Assembly: GCA_977017575.1 (NCBI GenBank)
Contig: CDRNVI010000015.1
Span: 1 to 64,000 of the forward strand
From: Paramoeba atlantica
Lineage: Eukaryota; Protista; Discosea
Reading direction: 5' to 3'
DNA: 64,000 bases
In this document: positions 41,664-52,823 of the stretch, one piece after another
How positions within the stretch are numbered: the first letter of the stretch is position 1
Layout of the letters: the number at the start of each line of letters is the position of its first letter
Made by a program: the position numbers and the translations under genes
Notes under the pieces: model-generated
The model's input: only the letters and a program-made list of their open reading frames with translations
Databases searched by the model: none
What the model was told of the DNA's origin: nothing

Positions 41664-44051
41664 ATGACTTCCGGATGGGAATGTGATTTGCAGGATATAA
41701 CACTATCTGAGACACTTAAAGTCCACGAGATACTTGACAGCTCTCTGTCACAATCCTCGTCTGATTCCGAGCATGACGGGGGAAAGACGTCACCCCATGT
41801 TCCCGTCCAAAATCCCCCCGCCCAAAATCTGAGTTCTAATTACAGCCGTCAGGCAGACAGCGAAAGAAATCCCACAGAAGAAGCAAACGAACTGGATGTA
41901 GAACTTGTTGGCGACAAAGAAGAATCACTGCTAATTCTGAACTTACAACCAATCTTGGAAAGATTGCAAATACATAGCAGCGCTCAGCCCACCACTCTAA
42001 AGAAAGGCCTAGAAGAGCTTGAAGTATTTAAATGTAACCACAGCGCTGAATTTTCGATGATCTTCCGAGAATCAATTCTTAAAGTTTTGAGGAACGTGAT
42101 TGCTAGTCGCATTCGGTTGACGGGTTGGGGCACTGTAGAGATTAGTAATTTTGAGAATGCAGCTGAGGAATCAAACTTGATCCTATCGTTTTCGAATTTG
42201 TATGGCAATTTAAAATCTGAGGCTCGCCCTAATGATTCTTTTAGGGATGACCCATTGACCCTGATATTGGCTCATTCCCTTTGTGCCATATTAGCAAAAT
42301 TATTGGAAAAAGAACTAGAAACGCCATTGGAATATTTTTCTATGTGCTCCAGAATAGTGCAAGAGCATTTTCAGCTTTTGGAATTGCTATTTACCCCTGA
42401 AGCATGCCACGATTTGTCTATAGGTGTTATAGATCATACGATTTCTGAGCTGTCCAGTATCATTAACCATAAACTAATTTTGTGGACAGATTGCATGTCA
42501 CGGGGTAAAAATGATATCAAACAACAGCATACAAATAGTGAAGGCACACGTGAAACAACTTTTGAGCAGCTCGATACGGCGAAAACTATTTTTTCCACCT
42601 ATGCTTCAGCTGTTTTTGCCTTTGATGAGCACCTTTTTCCGCACCTGGATTTGCAAGTACGTCCCATCCAATGCTTGACGAGAAGCGGTGAACTTAAGCA
42701 GTGGTGGATTGAATCACAACGCGACGCACTGCAATTACTCTGCTCCTCCGTCGCGAAGGATTTATGTCCAGTATTTTACGTCCCAAGAAATCATAACTTG
42801 GTTGGATATCTCTTCGATGGTACATACGCATCTGTTCTAGATAATGCTACAGCCATCACGAGTTGCATTAACTATTCTTTGTTCTCCGCTGCGCAATCTG
42901 TAAATCAATTTGAAGGTGCTGTTGCTCATTTTTCGGAGCAAGAGCTGGAATTGGTGTGGGCATCCACGTTCGACACTGTTTTACGTCCGCTATTTGCGAT
43001 TGGTGAAAACGTACTTGAAGCTGCAGAGCGTTTTGTCGATCAACTTGAGCAGGGCGGCAAGCTGTACGAAAATTTGAATGCGTACGTCGCCAAGAATAGA
43101 TGTCCCACAAAATCCAAGGAACACGAGATAAAGGAAACGAAGTCGTCAATGATGCCAAGGAAAGTGCACAATGAGACAGAAAGTTCTCGTCAGCAAACTC
43201 GCACGAAAAGCTCACAAGTAGTTAACGAACTCATCGACCGATCGCATAGCGCACTGCACACCGCTTCAGCGTCACTGAGCGCGGCAACATCCTTGTTCAA
43301 GAAATCGGCTGGTCTTGCTGTTGTTGAAAGGCGCGAAGAACCGGAAACAAATATTAATGCAGTGAGTAGTGTGTATAAAAATGATGAAACGCGAGAAATG
43401 CAAGACAAGGTAAAGCAATTTGAAAGAACATTTGTTCCGGATCACATAGAATTCTGGGTTGCCCTTCTGGTTGATCTTTTGAATGCAACTAATGCTGCAA
43501 TCAGTCAGATTCAAGGAGTGCAGGATCGTGCGCCATTTAGCTTGCTCTCAGAGGCTTCGCAAGTATGCGAAGAGACGTCTACACGACTGGAGAAACTTTT
43601 TTTTTTGGCGGAAACGAGACTGACTCGACTCATTACATTTGCACCTGTGGCATACACCCTTCGACCTTTGCATTGTGTAGTCTCAATGTTAGATGTTACG
43701 TGTGAGCCACACGGTTCACGAGTACAGGTGCAAACCTGCGATCTGAGTTCTCGACTATGTACGAAACTCGACCAGTCCATTGCTTATGCCCTCGTAGAAC
43801 GCCGCCACGCAAACTTCGACGATTATGGGACATGTCTACAAAACCTGTCCTCAGATTTTACACGCCTTCCTCGTTGCGGCTTGGTCCATTATTTACTCAC
43901 TAATAAGAATCAAGTGCCCATGAAAAAGCATGAGAATTTTATTGCAGAAAATTATTTTATTACGCACTTACTTATGGCCAATCCGGATATCGATGCAGAG
44001 GAGGTGAGACGGTTCATAAAAAATGTAAGCGAACAACATGTGCCACCTTAA
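41664..44051 (+). CDS. Helical hypothetical protein, possibly RINT-1/Tip20-like tether
   Basis: 795-aa all-helical ORF; the family call rests only on weak motif impressions (WWIESQRDAL). Confidence 0.55.
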   Translation: MTSGWECDLQDITLSETLKVHEILDSSLSQSSSDSEHDGGKTSPHVPVQNPPAQNLSSNYSRQADSERNPTEEANELDVELVGDKEESLLILNLQPILERLQIHSSAQPTTLKKGLEELEVFKCNHSAEFSMIFRESILKVLRNVIASRIRLTGWGTVEISNFENAAEESNLILSFSNLYGNLKSEARPNDSFRDDPLTLILAHSLCAILAKLLEKELETPLEYFSMCSRIVQEHFQLLELLFTPEACHDLSIGVIDHTISELSSIINHKLILWTDCMSRGKNDIKQQHTNSEGTRETTFEQLDTAKTIFSTYASAVFAFDEHLFPHLDLQVRPIQCLTRSGELKQWWIESQRDALQLLCSSVAKDLCPVFYVPRNHNLVGYLFDGTYASVLDNATAITSCINYSLFSAAQSVNQFEGAVAHFSEQELELVWASTFDTVLRPLFAIGENVLEAAERFVDQLEQGGKLYENLNAYVAKNRCPTKSKEHEIKETKSSMMPRKVHNETESSRQQTRTKSSQVVNELIDRSHSALHTASASLSAATSLFKKSAGLAVVERREEPETNINAVSSVYKNDETREMQDKVKQFERTFVPDHIEFWVALLVDLLNATNAAISQIQGVQDRAPFSLLSEASQVCEETSTRLEKLFFLAETRLTRLITFAPVAYTLRPLHCVVSMLDVTCEPHGSRVQVQTCDLSSRLCTKLDQSIAYALVERRHANFDDYGTCLQNLSSDFTRLPRCGLVHYLLTNKNQVPMKKHENFIAENYFITHLLMANPDIDAEEVRRFIKNVSEQHVPP

Positions 44052-44068
44052 ACTGCTTTTTTCATGGG

Positions 44069-44111
44069 GCTAAAATATTTATAGTACAGACTGTACTATA
44101 AATATTTTAGC
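44069..44111. repeat. Perfect 43-bp palindrome (21+1+21)
   Basis: GCTAAAATATTTATAGTACAG-A-CTGTACTATAAATATTTTAGC. Confidence 0.95.
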
Positions 44112-44355
44112 TCACACTAAAATACACGGTCAAAGTGAAGCATTATTTCACACTTTTTTTAAAACATTTATTATACATTGTAGCCCTATATACACGCTTA
44201 GAATACACTTAGAATACACCACCTAGAATGCACACTGTAACAGTGTGTATTGATACATCATATTCGAAAACGGGAGCTTTAGGCTCCCAAAGTATATTTA
44301 ATTTCTGCATCTCGAAAATCTGTTAAATTCTACAGTAGTGGTAAAGATTCCTGCG

Positions 44356-45216
44356 ATGTTTATCCACCTTAGCGATGTCCAAGAGCCACCGCTGAAGCGA
44401 CTGAAACAAAGTGACAACGCCGTGTTACCTGAAGGGGATGCCTTAGTATCTTCTCCCGTGCACCATTCCCCTAAAGCGCTGGGCGCCAAATTAAAACAAG
44501 AATACGAGCTCGCACGTTTCGTCCAGAATATATCAAAATTGCATTCGTCCTGGAACACAGCGACACCTGCGTGTGACTGGAAAGGGATAACGTGCAATAA
44601 TCAAACGGAAGTCACGAGAATCGATTGGAGTCTTTTGCTTGAGGGCTATGTGGATTGGAACCTTCTGCCACGAACAGTAGTGAGATTCGATGGGTATGGA
44701 AACGACAAGCTGACTGGGACTTTACCTCTCGATTCTCTGCCGTCACAATTCGATTATTTGATGCTGTACGATTGCGCGTTTCAGGGTACATTGGACCTGT
44801 CTCGCATGCCTGCTTCCATGACATCTCTGGGCGTAGGCAAAAATCAGTTTCACGGAACGCTCGACTTAACGGTCTTTCCGGCGGGCATGCAAGTGTTCAC
44901 TGCACCTGAGAACCAATTCACAGGTGGGATTGATCTAAGCCAGTTGCCCTCCAAAATGATGAGCATTGCATTAAGCCGAAATGGCTTTACAGGTACTCCA
45001 GATTTGGAATATTTGCCACCAAAAATGGAAATGGTTTGTCTGGATTACAATGAATTCAGTGGAAAAAGTTATTTGAATTCGCTCCCTGAAAGTATGTGGA
45101 TGCTTGATTTGGATTGTAATTACAATTTGACGGTCGAATATGACGATTCCAAGTTCCGAGATGAAATAACTTTGGCGTCTCATGGTGTCAAAGTTATTGT
45201 TCATGAAGATGAATAA
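44356..45216 (+). CDS. Leucine-rich repeat protein
   Basis: Cap SWNTATPACDWKGITCN; LRRs LGVGKNQFHG, IALSRNGFTG, LDYNEFSG. Confidence 0.85.
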   Translation: MFIHLSDVQEPPLKRLKQSDNAVLPEGDALVSSPVHHSPKALGAKLKQEYELARFVQNISKLHSSWNTATPACDWKGITCNNQTEVTRIDWSLLLEGYVDWNLLPRTVVRFDGYGNDKLTGTLPLDSLPSQFDYLMLYDCAFQGTLDLSRMPASMTSLGVGKNQFHGTLDLTVFPAGMQVFTAPENQFTGGIDLSQLPSKMMSIALSRNGFTGTPDLEYLPPKMEMVCLDYNEFSGKSYLNSLPESMWMLDLDCNYNLTVEYDDSKFRDEITLASHGVKVIVHEDE

Positions 45217-45680
45217 GCATTTTTTTGATCCGCAAATTTATAGACTGATAAAGTGAGTAAGCCGCCAGCTACGTTTCACGTTCTACACTATAGGCAGGCA
45301 CTTCAAAAGCAAGGAAGAGAAATAAAGAATAGAAGACGAGATAATACGAATAAAATACCAAAAAAATCATTGTACGTATTAATCTTCTTCCGAATTTTGA
45401 ATATCACTTAAAAGAACCATATCTTTATATTGTATCTATCAATTAAGTTTGAAATGACTCTGGACATATCTTCTCATAGTGCATGTCTTAATAATGCATT
45501 CTTTATGACGGATAAAGAAGAATGTGTAAATAAATCACACCTAAAACAATACGGCCAATTACCGCATGATGTATGCTGAATAACACGCTGGACAACACAC
45601 TATTAATTTTTAAAGCTCGCTATCCAACTTCACCCACATGAAAAAAACGCACTATTTATTTCTCCTCCTTTTCTCTTACC

Positions 45681-47024
45681 ATGAATGTGGATTCCGTTCA
45701 GGAGAACATCTCTCAAAACCCACCGCCCGATTCATCCCCTGACGCAACCGATACCGATATCCAGTTCCTCGACGAAATCCGCACCCTCACCCTTCCCGCC
45801 ATCCAACAACGCACCCGCCTTATCGAAAACGAGACCTACATCCTACGACAATCTGAAAAACAACTCAAAGACGAACTTAAACGCATGAAAGAGCAGCTCC
45901 GTCTGAACAAAGAAAAACTTAAACTCAACAACCAACTCCCCTACCTTGTGGCGAACATTATTGAAATCCTTGACCCTGAGGTCGCCGCCTCGGGGGACTC
46001 CGAGGAGGAGTCCGGGGCGCATCTCGATCTCGATGCCACCCGCACGGGCCCCACGGCCGTGATTAAAACCTCCACACGTCAAACCATCTACCTCCCGGTG
46101 CTGGGCCTCGTCCCGGCCTCCTCTCTCGCCCCCGGGGACCTTGTCGGGGTCAACCGGGACTCCTATCTTATCCTCGACACGCTGCCCCCGGACTACGATC
46201 CCCGAGCGAAAGCAATGGAGCTTGAGGATCAAACCCGCAACCCGTTAAAAGAGAAATACGAAGACCTTGGCGGGCTGGAGAAACAAACGCGGGAACTCGT
46301 GGAGGCCGTGGTGTGGCCCATGACGAAAAAGGAAAAATATAAAACCATTGGGGTAACCCCCCCGAAAGGGGTGCTGATGTATGGACCCCCGGGGACGGGA
46401 AAGACGATGCTCGCGAAGGCATGTGCCGCCCAGTGTGGGTGCTCGTTTTTAAAACTTGCCGGGCCCCAGTTGGTGCAGATGTATATTGGGGATGGCGCGA
46501 AGATAATCCGGGATGCGTTTGCGTTGGCAAGGAAAAAAGCCCCCGCGATTGTGTTTATTGATGAGTTGGATGCGATTGGGACGCGCAGGGGGGAGGGGGA
46601 TAAACATGGGGAGAGGGAGGTGCAGCGGACGATGCTGGAGCTGCTGTCGCAGTTGGATGGGTTTGCGTCCTCCGATGAGGTCAAGGTGATTGCTGCCACG
46701 AACCGGATCGATGTGCTGGACCCCGCGTTGCTTCGAAGTGGAAGGCTGGACCGGAAAGTGGAGTTTCCGATGCCGGATGAACCAGCCCGGGAGCAGATCT
46801 TGCGTATCCATGCGCGTCGCATGAATACTCATCCTGATGTAAATTTCGAGGAGCTTGCACGCAGTACGGAGGATATGAATGGGGCACAACTAAAGGCGGT
46901 GTGCGTAGAGTCCGGGATGTTGGCGTTACGTCGCGAAGGTGTTACAATTCATCACGAGGACTTTATTGAAGGTATCGGTGCTGTATATTCTCGAAAAAAG
47001 AGTGATCTGAACTATTACGCGTAA
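45681..47024 (+). CDS. RPT5: 26S proteasome regulatory ATPase RPT5 (PSMC3)
   Basis: [12 protein letters not shown]; [17 protein letters not shown]; GPPGTGKT; [17 protein letters not shown]; [16 protein letters not shown]. Confidence 0.95.
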   Translation: MNVDSVQENISQNPPPDSSPDATDTDIQFLDEIRTLTLPAIQQRTRLIENETYILRQSEKQLKDELKRMKEQLRLNKEKLKLNNQLPYLVANIIEILDPEVAASGDSEEESGAHLDLDATRTGPTAVIKTSTRQTIYLPVLGLVPASSLAPGDLVGVNRDSYLILDTLPPDYDPRAKAMELEDQTRNPLKEKYEDLGGLEKQTRELVEAVVWPMTKKEKYKTIGVTPPKGVLMYGPPGTGKTMLAKACAAQCGCSFLKLAGPQLVQMYIGDGAKIIRDAFALARKKAPAIVFIDELDAIGTRRGEGDKHGEREVQRTMLELLSQLDGFASSDEVKVIAATNRIDVLDPALLRSGRLDRKVEFPMPDEPAREQILRIHARRMNTHPDVNFEELARSTEDMNGAQLKAVCVESGMLALRREGVTIHHEDFIEGIGAVYSRKKSDLNYYA

Positions 47025-47878
47025 ATCAACGACATACTTTGCAAAGCGATACTGTTTAGCAATAGAAGCGGAAACATGTTCTGGAAAAGGTGGGTGTTCT
47101 TTCCTTCTCATTGCATGCGAAGATTAAAGTCTTCCATAATTTTCAATGGCGATATCGCCATAGATACATGTAGATCACTTTCGGTAACGGACGAAGGGAT
47201 AAATACATTTTTTTGCATGTAAGATTCCAACAACAAAGAGTATAGTACCTTGCTGATTGATACATGTACTTCAAGATTTTGCTCCGTGATATAACGATAC
47301 GGAAGATAGAAATCTAGGTCCGATAAAAAAACTGAGATACGTAAACTTTGCTTTTATGACATTCCGATAAGTGTGTCCGGACAAGCTAGTACAGGAAGCC
47401 ATTAAGGGCGATGATATGTTTGTCACCTTTAATGTCCCATCGAATTATCTTCGCAGCAGTGCCTGCGCTGTATATTGTTACTGCAGCTCATTTTTTTCGT
47501 GATCGAAGCATTTTGCTGATAGCATGCACTATGACAGGACTTCTGGGTTGGGTTTTACTACTGTTACATGATACTGGTTTGACCTGTATCCTACTCCGCG
47601 CTACCAATCCCGACTACAACAACTCGGCTACGTTAAGCGAGAAGCAATAAACTTCAACTAGATTAATCAGCCTTCCCGGTTGAAGATGCGCCTAGCACAT
47701 CCGCCCTAGCTGGTTGACTGGAAACAAGAAAAAACTTCTGTTGCACCTCGTACTCCCCGTTTCAATACACATAATACTCACATACCACAATAATTTGTAC
47801 GAAGGAACATACAATGACTTCGATCGTACAACTTGTACAATGTAAAAGATTGTCATATTGACATCGCCCTCAATAATT

Positions 47879-47941
47879 GAGGGAGATACTACTCCCTCCC
47901 TATCCTGTATCAATAAAATTTGGCCCAAAATTTGGCCCGAC
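47879..47941 (+). mobile_element. Transposon-like end related to 10247..10348 and to the 51282 MITE TIR
   Basis: GAGGGAGA|TA|CTACTCCCTCCCTATCCTG then AAATTTGGCCC(A/G) x2. Confidence 0.5.
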
Positions 47942-48123
47942 AAAAGATTTACCGGAAAATGTTTTTTCGCAAAGAATCAAAGACAACACCATAAATTGAT
48001 AGTTTTCTCCATCATGGGAAACATTAAAAACACTGAAATGGTTGATTTGATATACACAACTTTCTCAAACAAGACAGATTCCACAGGAGCTGTGGTATTC
48101 GCTCATTTTCGTATTTTTATTCA

Positions 48124-48720
48124 ATGTTCTGTCGTATTATGCGAGTTTCTAATAAAGACGTAGGCTACACTTCTACACGATTAGGACGCGTCAGCGCTTC
48201 ATTGCCACAGGAATATAAACTTTTGAAGTTCATCGAAAACGTATCTAATCGGCATACATCGTGGGATGCTGATATTCCGGCTTGCGAGTGGGATGGAGTA
48301 ACCTGTAATGAAGAAGGCAAAGTCGTGAAAATTGATTGGTCATTGCGTAACTTAGGAGGCACACTTGAATGGAAACACCTACCCGATACGCTTCTTGAAA
48401 TAAGAATGTATTCAAACAAACTCTCTGGGAGTATTGTGTTAGAAGATTTACCACCCGGTCTTGAGTATCTCAGTGTAGGCACCAATCGCTTCACCGGATG
48501 CGTTAATCTTCAAGCTATGCCAAAGACGATGAAAAAGCTTTTAATTGGTAACAATGAGCTTGGAGGCTCCGTTAGCTTTTGTCACCTGCCAGATAAATTA
48601 TTCTTTTTATATTTGGCGGACAATGCAAATCTTTCCGGTACTCTGATGCCTTCAGAATTGTCTTCAAGGCTAAAGAAGTCTGTGTATACGACCCGCACCA
48701 AAATAACAAAGCATCCTTAG
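48124..48720 (+). CDS. Short LRR protein, tandem subfamily copy 1
   Basis: RLGRVSASLPQEYKLLKF...W.ADIPACEWDGVTCN plus 4 LRRs. Confidence 0.85.
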   Translation: MFCRIMRVSNKDVGYTSTRLGRVSASLPQEYKLLKFIENVSNRHTSWDADIPACEWDGVTCNEEGKVVKIDWSLRNLGGTLEWKHLPDTLLEIRMYSNKLSGSIVLEDLPPGLEYLSVGTNRFTGCVNLQAMPKTMKKLLIGNNELGGSVSFCHLPDKLFFLYLADNANLSGTLMPSELSSRLKKSVYTTRTKITKHP

Positions 48721-48990
48721 TACAATAATCTTACCAATGAAAACGGTATCGTGCTTTTGATTCCACCCAAAGATTCTTTACACGGCAATTTAGGCTTATT
48801 CAGTTTTTATCTTCCTGTACCTTTTTATATCCTTGACTTGTATCAGTATGCTTGATTGGTAACTCGTTTTCTCACTTTCCGAGTCTTTGGCAGCGCCAGT
48901 TCCAATATGATTCCACCTAAATTGTTCTCTATTAGGGCTTAAATACTTGCAGTATATCTCTCCACCATTCTTTTACGATTCTCTTTTGGG

Positions 48991-49581
48991 ATGCTCTGTC
49001 ATTTTTTTAATGTTCTTAACAAAGACGCAAGCCACACTGCTGCACGATTAGGACGCGTCAGCGCCGCACTGCCACAGGAATATAAACTCTTACAGTTCAT
49101 CGAAAACGTATCTAACCGACATACATCGTGGGAGGCTGATATCCCGGCTTGTGAGTGGCATGGAGTAACCTGTAATGAAGAAGGCAAAGTTGTGAAAATT
49201 AATTGGGCCATGTACAAGTTAGAAGGCACGCTAGAATGGAAGCACCTACCCGATACGATCCTTGAATTGCACATGGAATCGAACAATCTCTTTGGGAGTA
49301 TTGTGTTCGAAGATTTGCCACCCCATCTCGAGTACCTCAGCCTAGGCACCAATCACTTCACCGGAGGTGTTAATCTGCAAGCTATGCCGAAGACAATGAA
49401 AGACCTTTTAATTGGTAACAATGAGCTTTCCGGTTCCGTTAGCTTTTGTAATCTTCCAGATAATCTAAGTTTTCTATATTTAGCAGACAACAGAGAACTT
49501 TCGGGTACTCTGTTGCTCTCAAATTTGCCTACAAAGCTAGAAAAAGTCTATATAAATCGTACCAAAATTTTAGTAGACTAA
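48991..49581 (+). CDS. Short LRR protein, tandem subfamily copy 2
   Basis: Close paralog of 48124..48720. Confidence 0.85.
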   Translation: MLCHFFNVLNKDASHTAARLGRVSAALPQEYKLLQFIENVSNRHTSWEADIPACEWHGVTCNEEGKVVKINWAMYKLEGTLEWKHLPDTILELHMESNNLFGSIVFEDLPPHLEYLSLGTNHFTGGVNLQAMPKTMKDLLIGNNELSGSVSFCNLPDNLSFLYLADNRELSGTLLLSNLPTKLEKVYINRTKILVD

Positions 49582-49884
49582 AACTTCCAGTTCCATAGGG
49601 AGTCTGTAGGCCATTAACATTAAATCCCCTTCTTCAACTTTCTTCAACTCTTGGAATTTAACAAAAAAAAGAAAAATTCTTAAACATACATGTATTATGT
49701 GGTCCCGAATCTCGAACCAAAATTGTAGGGTGAGGGGAGACATCACCGAATGTCAGAGACGCCATTTCACTCAACATCCCTCAACATCACTTACCTCTTT
49801 CCCCACGCTTCATCCTCTACATAGCTAACTCTTTATCACGAACTCTTTATCCCCACCCCACACAACCCCACCCCACCCCCCGAA

Positions 49885-51090
49885 ATGCCCACCCCCCACA
49901 AGAAGAAACGCGCCTTCCCCCGAGGCACCGGCACGCGCTACGTTGTACGCTCCCGTCCCTGTGAGGACCTGATCCACATGGACGCGGGGGAGCACCCAAC
50001 AAGTGAGACCACGCTGGTCCCGGTTACCCCGCACGGGTCTTCGTCCCATCCCCTGCTCTCTTCGAACACCCCTCCCCCGCTCTCCTCCCTCAGCGGGATC
50101 CACTTCGGGGAGGGCTCGGACCCGCTCGCGGAGGCGCTGTTCGCGGAGGACGGGGACTCATGCAACGGGAGTGAGCTCGGCACGGTGCAAGGGGATGAGA
50201 TCGACCAGGCCTACCTGCAGCAGCTCATGGCCCCGGATCCGGATTACCAATACACCACGGCGTTTGATGCGCTCCCGGCACGGAGGCAGGCCCGGGAGCG
50301 GGATGTGCTGGAGGGGCCGTTTGCGTACGCGATGCGGGAGATGGAGGGGGCGGGGGGGTTGGGGGGGAGTGGTGCCGGGGTGGGGGGACCGCCAAGGTGG
50401 GATCCGATGAGCCGTGAACCTGGCGTAGAGGGCTCGGAATGGTCCCTTCTGGGGGCGTTCCCGAAGAAGGCGGATAGGATCTATCAGGATTATGTGGAGA
50501 ATAAGAAGGAACTTGCGGAGGTGACGAAGGAATATCTGCGACGGCAACATGATCTGCTTGACCAGGACGCGATTGCGATTGAACAACCGATTAAGGAGAC
50601 TGAGGTGTACGACGTGATACCGGTGAGGGGGAAGAATGAGAACTGGGACTGTGAGACCATTCTTACGACTTACAGCACTACATGCAACCGACCAGCGGTA
50701 ATTGTCCCTGAGCGCCAGATGCGTCTCACGCGCCGAACGCGGGTTCGTCCACCCAATCAAACTATCCCGACTCCCCTTTCCACCCAAGATGAGGTTCGAG
50801 AAAAAAGGGCCGCGAGCAGAGCTCCGCTATCCGCTTTTCGTGATTTTTCGCAACTTCCGGAGGATACATCATTAGAAGCAGAATTGGCCAATGATTCAAC
50901 GCTATCTATCCCTTCCGAAGTTCCCGTTCGTGATCCAAACGAGAGTGCGGCGGAGAAAAAAGAAAGAAGAAAAATGGTGAAGGAAATACAAGCGCAACGG
51001 CGACAAATGAAACGTAAGGTTACCTTACTTTATCGTGCTGAAGGGATTCGACAGAGACAAACTCAGAAACAAAATTCAATGTTACTATAA
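49885..51090 (+). CDS. LTV1: LTV1, pre-40S assembly factor
   Basis: ENWDCETILTTYST..N.P.VI and C-terminal ES..EKKERRK.VKE....RR..K; basic N-terminus. Confidence 0.88.
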   Translation: MPTPHKKKRAFPRGTGTRYVVRSRPCEDLIHMDAGEHPTSETTLVPVTPHGSSSHPLLSSNTPPPLSSLSGIHFGEGSDPLAEALFAEDGDSCNGSELGTVQGDEIDQAYLQQLMAPDPDYQYTTAFDALPARRQARERDVLEGPFAYAMREMEGAGGLGGSGAGVGGPPRWDPMSREPGVEGSEWSLLGAFPKKADRIYQDYVENKKELAEVTKEYLRRQHDLLDQDAIAIEQPIKETEVYDVIPVRGKNENWDCETILTTYSTTCNRPAVIVPERQMRLTRRTRVRPPNQTIPTPLSTQDEVREKRAASRAPLSAFRDFSQLPEDTSLEAELANDSTLSIPSEVPVRDPNESAAEKKERRKMVKEIQAQRRQMKRKVTLLYRAEGIRQRQTQKQNSMLL

Positions 51091-51281
51091 AAGGGAACCG
51101 CATATGGACGAAACAGAATTTAAGATAGATAAATACACAACATGAGATACGCCTGCGGTCCATGAAACGTACACCTCATTTGCTACCCAAGGAATCGCAC
51201 TTCTAGACCATATTTTACGGGATTTCACTCAGTTTTTTAATCCGAAAGTCCCGTATAGTTTTTTTATCCTCCAGTAAAATA

Positions 51282-51372
51282 CTATTCCCCCCTGTCCTAG
51301 CGTTGCCTCGGTACCCCCCTCGTAGCGTTGCTTTTTCCCAAAACCAGGCAACGCCAGGATAGGGGGGGATAG
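51282..51372. mobile_element. 91-bp MITE with TA duplication and 27-bp TIRs
   Basis: TA|CTATTCCCCCCTGTCCTAGCGTTGCCT...AGGCAACGCCAGGATAGGGGGGGATAG|TA (24/27), with an internal partial TIR copy CCCCCCTCGTAGCGTTGC. Confidence 0.85.
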
Positions 51373-51521
51373 TATACACTAAATGATCATTTTTTACCTG
51401 GAATGATGATATTGAGGACGACTAAAATTTTGAGTATTTCTTCTCAACGTGACGATCTAGTATTTCAAGATCTCCAGCTGCGGCGTATGCCGTTTCACCA
51501 CGGTTTTTTATTTTAAATTCA

Positions 51522-52109
51522 ATGTTTCGTTCGACTTTCGCGTTTTCCACAAAAGACGTAAGCTACACTTCTACTCGTTTAGGACGTGTCAGCGCTGCAT
51601 TACCACAGGAATATAAACTTTTGAAGTTCATCGAAAACGTATCTAACCGACATACATCGTGGAAGGCTGATACCCCGGCTTGCGAGTGGGATGGAGTAAC
51701 CTGTACTGAAGAAGGCAAAGTTGTGAAAATTCGTTGGGAAAGTCGCTTCTTAGAAGGTCCACTAGAGTGGAAGCACCTACCGGATACGCTTCTTGAATTA
51801 CACATGGAATTGAACAATCATTTTGGGAGTATTGTGTTGGAAGATTTGCCACCCCGTCTCGAGTATCTCAGCCTAGGCAACAATCGCTTCACCGGAGGTG
51901 TTAATCTTCAAGCTATGCCAAAGACAATGAAAAAGCTTTTAATTGGTAATAATGAGCTTTCCGGTTCCGTTAACTTTTGTAATCTGCCAAACAATCTAAG
52001 TTTTCTGTATTTAGCGGATAATGCCGTTCTTTCGGGTACTCTGCCGCACTCAGGTGTCTCTTCAAGGCTTATGATCTATGCGGGTCGCACTCGAATTGGA
52101 ACACTTTGA
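51522..52109 (+). CDS. Short LRR protein, tandem subfamily copy 3
   Basis: Close paralog of 48124..48720. Confidence 0.85.
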   Translation: MFRSTFAFSTKDVSYTSTRLGRVSAALPQEYKLLKFIENVSNRHTSWKADTPACEWDGVTCTEEGKVVKIRWESRFLEGPLEWKHLPDTLLELHMELNNHFGSIVLEDLPPRLEYLSLGNNRFTGGVNLQAMPKTMKKLLIGNNELSGSVNFCNLPNNLSFLYLADNAVLSGTLPHSGVSSRLMIYAGRTRIGTL

Positions 52110-52823
52110 TACAATACTCCTGCAAATTAGTATAAATTAGTACACCGAAGACTGATGATTCAATAGAGCAAGTTCGTTGCATGTTGTGATACAGTGAGCA
52201 TTTGCGTTGTGATAACAAAAACGGGAAAAGGGAATTGAAATTCTTTCGGTTTTCATTGAGTCTTTGCGCGGAGAGTTGTAGTTCCACTAGAAAAGCAATC
52301 GTGGTGAGATCAAAGGTACAATTTCGAAGCTGAAAAATTATCTTTAACACTAGTAAGGGAGCAAGTGCAAGTGACATGTAAAGTTACCTTACTTTTTCGC
52401 GCTAAAAAAATTCGACATAGAGAAACGCAGAAACCGAATTCAATGTTACTTTAAAACTGCATGGGTCATGCGTGAAACACAATATCGCATAAAGAATATG
52501 AGATACATGTTCGTCGCGATCCACGATGGGCCTCATTTTCTTTCCCAAGGAATTGCGGCTCTAGAAAATAATATTTCACACGATTTGGCGGTTAAATCAC
52601 CTATCTCTACAGTAAGTTCTCTACCGTACAGTGTACATGAGTTTTGTCAGTCAGTAATGATGAGCGAACACTACATATTGAATTAATAAAACTATTAAAC
52701 TTTAATAATGTTATTTTTCAGTAATGATACAGTGTACTATTCAGGAGGAGTAACTTTGAATTTTCATCCTTTCCTTTCAACACTGTGTCTTATATTGAGA
52801 TATCCGAATAACCACATTTTAGC

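Noticed and set aside
44091-44100. CTGTACTATA (also near 63730) as SL remnants
   Set aside because: A 10-nt match in AT-rich DNA with no adjacent SL sequence or GT donor.
47411-47650. 79-aa hydrophobic ORF
   Set aside because: Short, no motif and compatible with T-rich intergenic sequence.
2-51090. Functional clustering of ribosome-biogenesis genes (NVL, bystin, LTV1) or mitochondrial RNA genes (RET1, PPRs, mS37, RsfS)
   Set aside because: The genes are widely separated and mixed with unrelated ones; kinetoplastid clusters are not functionally organised and these categories are large.
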